Assembly: GCF_018350175.1 (NCBI RefSeq)
Contig: NC_058383.1
Coordinates: 30,010,001 to 30,074,000, forward strand
Source: Felis catus
Lineage: Eukaryota
Length of the DNA: 64,000 nt
Reading direction: 5' to 3'
Made by a program: the position numbers and the translations under genes. How positions within the stretch are numbered: the first letter of the stretch is position 1; every line of letters begins with the position of its first letter. This document shows positions 61,851-64,000 of this stretch, one piece after another. The notes below the pieces were generated by a model, which worked only from the letters and a program-made list of their open reading frames with translations, made no database searches and was not told the DNA's origin.

Positions 61851-62367
61851 AAAAAAGATTCTGGGGCCAAGTTTTTGAAGATGAGTATGTGTTCTTTAAT
61901 AGGAGGAAGGGCAATCCAGGAAGAGAGCACAACTCACCCAAAAGCTCAGAGGCCAGATCCAGCTTGGTGATTGGAGGAACTGGGAAAAGCCCAGCAGAGT
62001 AAGTACAAGGTGCATCATGGAGGCACCAGTCCAGGAAATTGGGCTAAACAGCTTGGGTTTTCTCTTCTAGTCTTCTGGGAATGACCCAAGGTTTTTACTG
62101 TTGAATCACTGTTGGATTCTACCAACTCCTTTCCTTTGGAAAGATAACCCCGTGCAAGGGGTATGCAGGGGAGGAAGAACCTCACACCCACCTGATCTGC
62201 AAGTTGGGAGACTTTTGTGGCCAAATAGTGCTCCTTCCTCCACCCACTGTGCTTTGTTTAGCTCTGTCATTCCTCTCAAGAACACAGCTAAGTGCTTCTC
62301 ATTCACAAACCTGGAAGCCAGCTTTTTGCAGAGTCTTCAGACAAGGACAGATCCGGACTCTGGCTAC

Positions 62368-62554
62368 CAAAGAAAGAAAGAGAGAGTGAGAGAGAGAAAG
62401 AGAAAAAGAAGGAAGGAAGGAAAGAAGGAAGGAGGGAAGGAAGGACAGATGGACAGACGGAAGGAAGGAAGGAAGGAAGGAAGGAAGGAAGGAAGGAAGG
62501 AAGGAAGGAGAGAAAGTAGAAAGAAGATGGAAAGAAAGAAAAAAAAAAAAAGAA
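62368..62554. repeat. Polypurine (GA)n/(GGAA)n/poly-A compound tract
   Basis: direct reading. Confidence 0.95.
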
Positions 62555-63734
62555 CACCAGAATTAATGGCTAGACTAAGAAGCAAGGCCCCACTTCGCAT
62601 TTTCATCCTGAAGCGTGTATAATTAGACCGGAGAGAAATGGCTTATTTAATTCATGTTATTTCATACAAGATCTCTAGCAGCATTCTGTCGTGTCTTTAT
62701 GACTCCGGTGCATGCTACTTCTCTAACAGTTTAGAACAACAATGGGGCTTTACTTATCTTCAGGAAGCCAGCCCATTCTTTTGATGAAGGAGAAATAGCC
62801 CCAGCCCCAGGTTGCCATAGACACTGGGAAAGGCTGTCACCAAGCTGCAGCACACCTATTTGGTGGTGACAAGCAGAATTAGAGGTATTGAGGAATCAAA
62901 GGCAAAACTAGCCTGATGAAACAAAGGGTCCCATCAGCTTCTCCCAACATACTTTTTTGCCTCCCGGTGTCCTTTTTCCTCTCCCTTCCACCCTGAAGCC
63001 GGGTGAATGGATTTGAATCTTAAGGGTGGAGGCAGTAACCTCCACACAGGGCTCAAATTCAGGTGCATGGCAAAGACCTTCCTTAAACCACGTGAGTGGC
63101 TTCCCATGGTTCCCTCCTTCTTGACTTACATGCCGACAAACCCTGGAAGGTCTGTCACACCTGCCAGTGTCTCCAAATTCCTCAGTCACTCTGCTCCCGC
63201 CGCCCTTCGGTCTTCCTTTGAGTTCATAAATATGCAACACGTTTCCTACCTGGGGGACCTTTGCCCTTGGTGTTCTGCCTTCCTAAATTCTCTCTCTCCT
63301 GCCTTTTGTGTGCCTGGTTCCATCTTGTTTCCCAGGTCTCTTTTTAAAGTTGCTTTCACTAGAGGACATGCCTGACCATTATATCTGAAATATCTCCTCC
63401 ACCCCACTTGTCCCCTATCACATCCTCTTGGTTCTTGCCTGGTAATTTTCACAGCCTATAATTATCTTTTATTTACTGTTTGCTTATTTATGGCTGGCCA
63501 CCCCCACAAGGGTGCAAGCTGCAAAAAAGGCAGATGCCCAATAGATGTATTGCTTATCTTTGCTTGGTTTCCTCCCAACCCCGACGCTTGAGGCAAGGAT
63601 TCAAGTCCAAGGGGCATATTTGGGAGGCAAAGGAAGTGAAGTCAGGAGGTGGGAGGGAGACCAGGAAGGGAAAGCAGCCACTGAAGGGCTGTGATAAGAA
63701 GTTATCATTGACTAGGGGGCTCATGAACAACAGG

Positions 63735-64000
63735 AGCTGATTTTTCACAGTTCCAGATGCCAGAAGTCTGAAATCAGGGTACCATCCTGATCAGGTTCTG
63801 GTGAGAGCCCCCTTCCTGGCCGCAGATGGTCTATGTCTCCTTGTGTCTCTCGTGGAATAAATGCGGAATGGGGAAGGGAGCCCACCGAGGTCTTTTTTTA
63901 TAAGGATGCTAATTCCATTCATGAAGCTTCTACCCTCATCACCATAATCACCTCCCAAAGCCCTCAAATACCATTACAGCAGAAATTAATTTTTAACATA
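63735..64000 (-). mobile_element. MaLR LTR (MLT1A/MST-like), runs off the window end
   Basis: CACAGTTCCAGATGCCAGAAGTCTGAAATCAGGGT..GGTTCTGGTGAGAGCC..TAATCACCTCCCAAAG. Confidence 0.75.

Noticed and set aside
1..64000. A novel multi-gene system, operon or CRISPR array
   Set aside because: The DNA is mammalian and repeat-rich. There are no regularly spaced direct repeats with unique spacers and no long ORFs outside L1 remnants and low-complexity or chance frames.

Overview
This window is mammalian DNA, almost certainly felid or feliform: it carries 22 tRNA-derived Can-SINEs, many of the SINEC_Fc type, and felid-type L1 3' ends. It is non-coding, repeat-dense, and intergenic or deep-intronic. 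I see no intact protein-coding exon, RNA gene or CpG island. The only recognisable gene-derived sequence is a decayed processed pseudogene of ribosomal protein RPL27A (minus strand, ~4640-5160), and a young 5'-truncated L1 has inserted into its A-rich tail. The rest is MIR, L2, old L1M, hAT MITEs (MER5A/MER20/MER58), MaLR/ERVL LTRs, four solo LTRs of one carnivore ERV family, and microsatellites. I found no evidence of a new multi-gene system. The most unusual signals are: two independent L1 copies truncated at the same ORF2 nucleotide; three related solo LTRs within 4.2 kb; SINEs re-using one target site; and a few candidate cis-elements in unique sequence. Repeat family names come from visual recognition, not from a RepeatMasker run, and boundaries of old elements are approximate.
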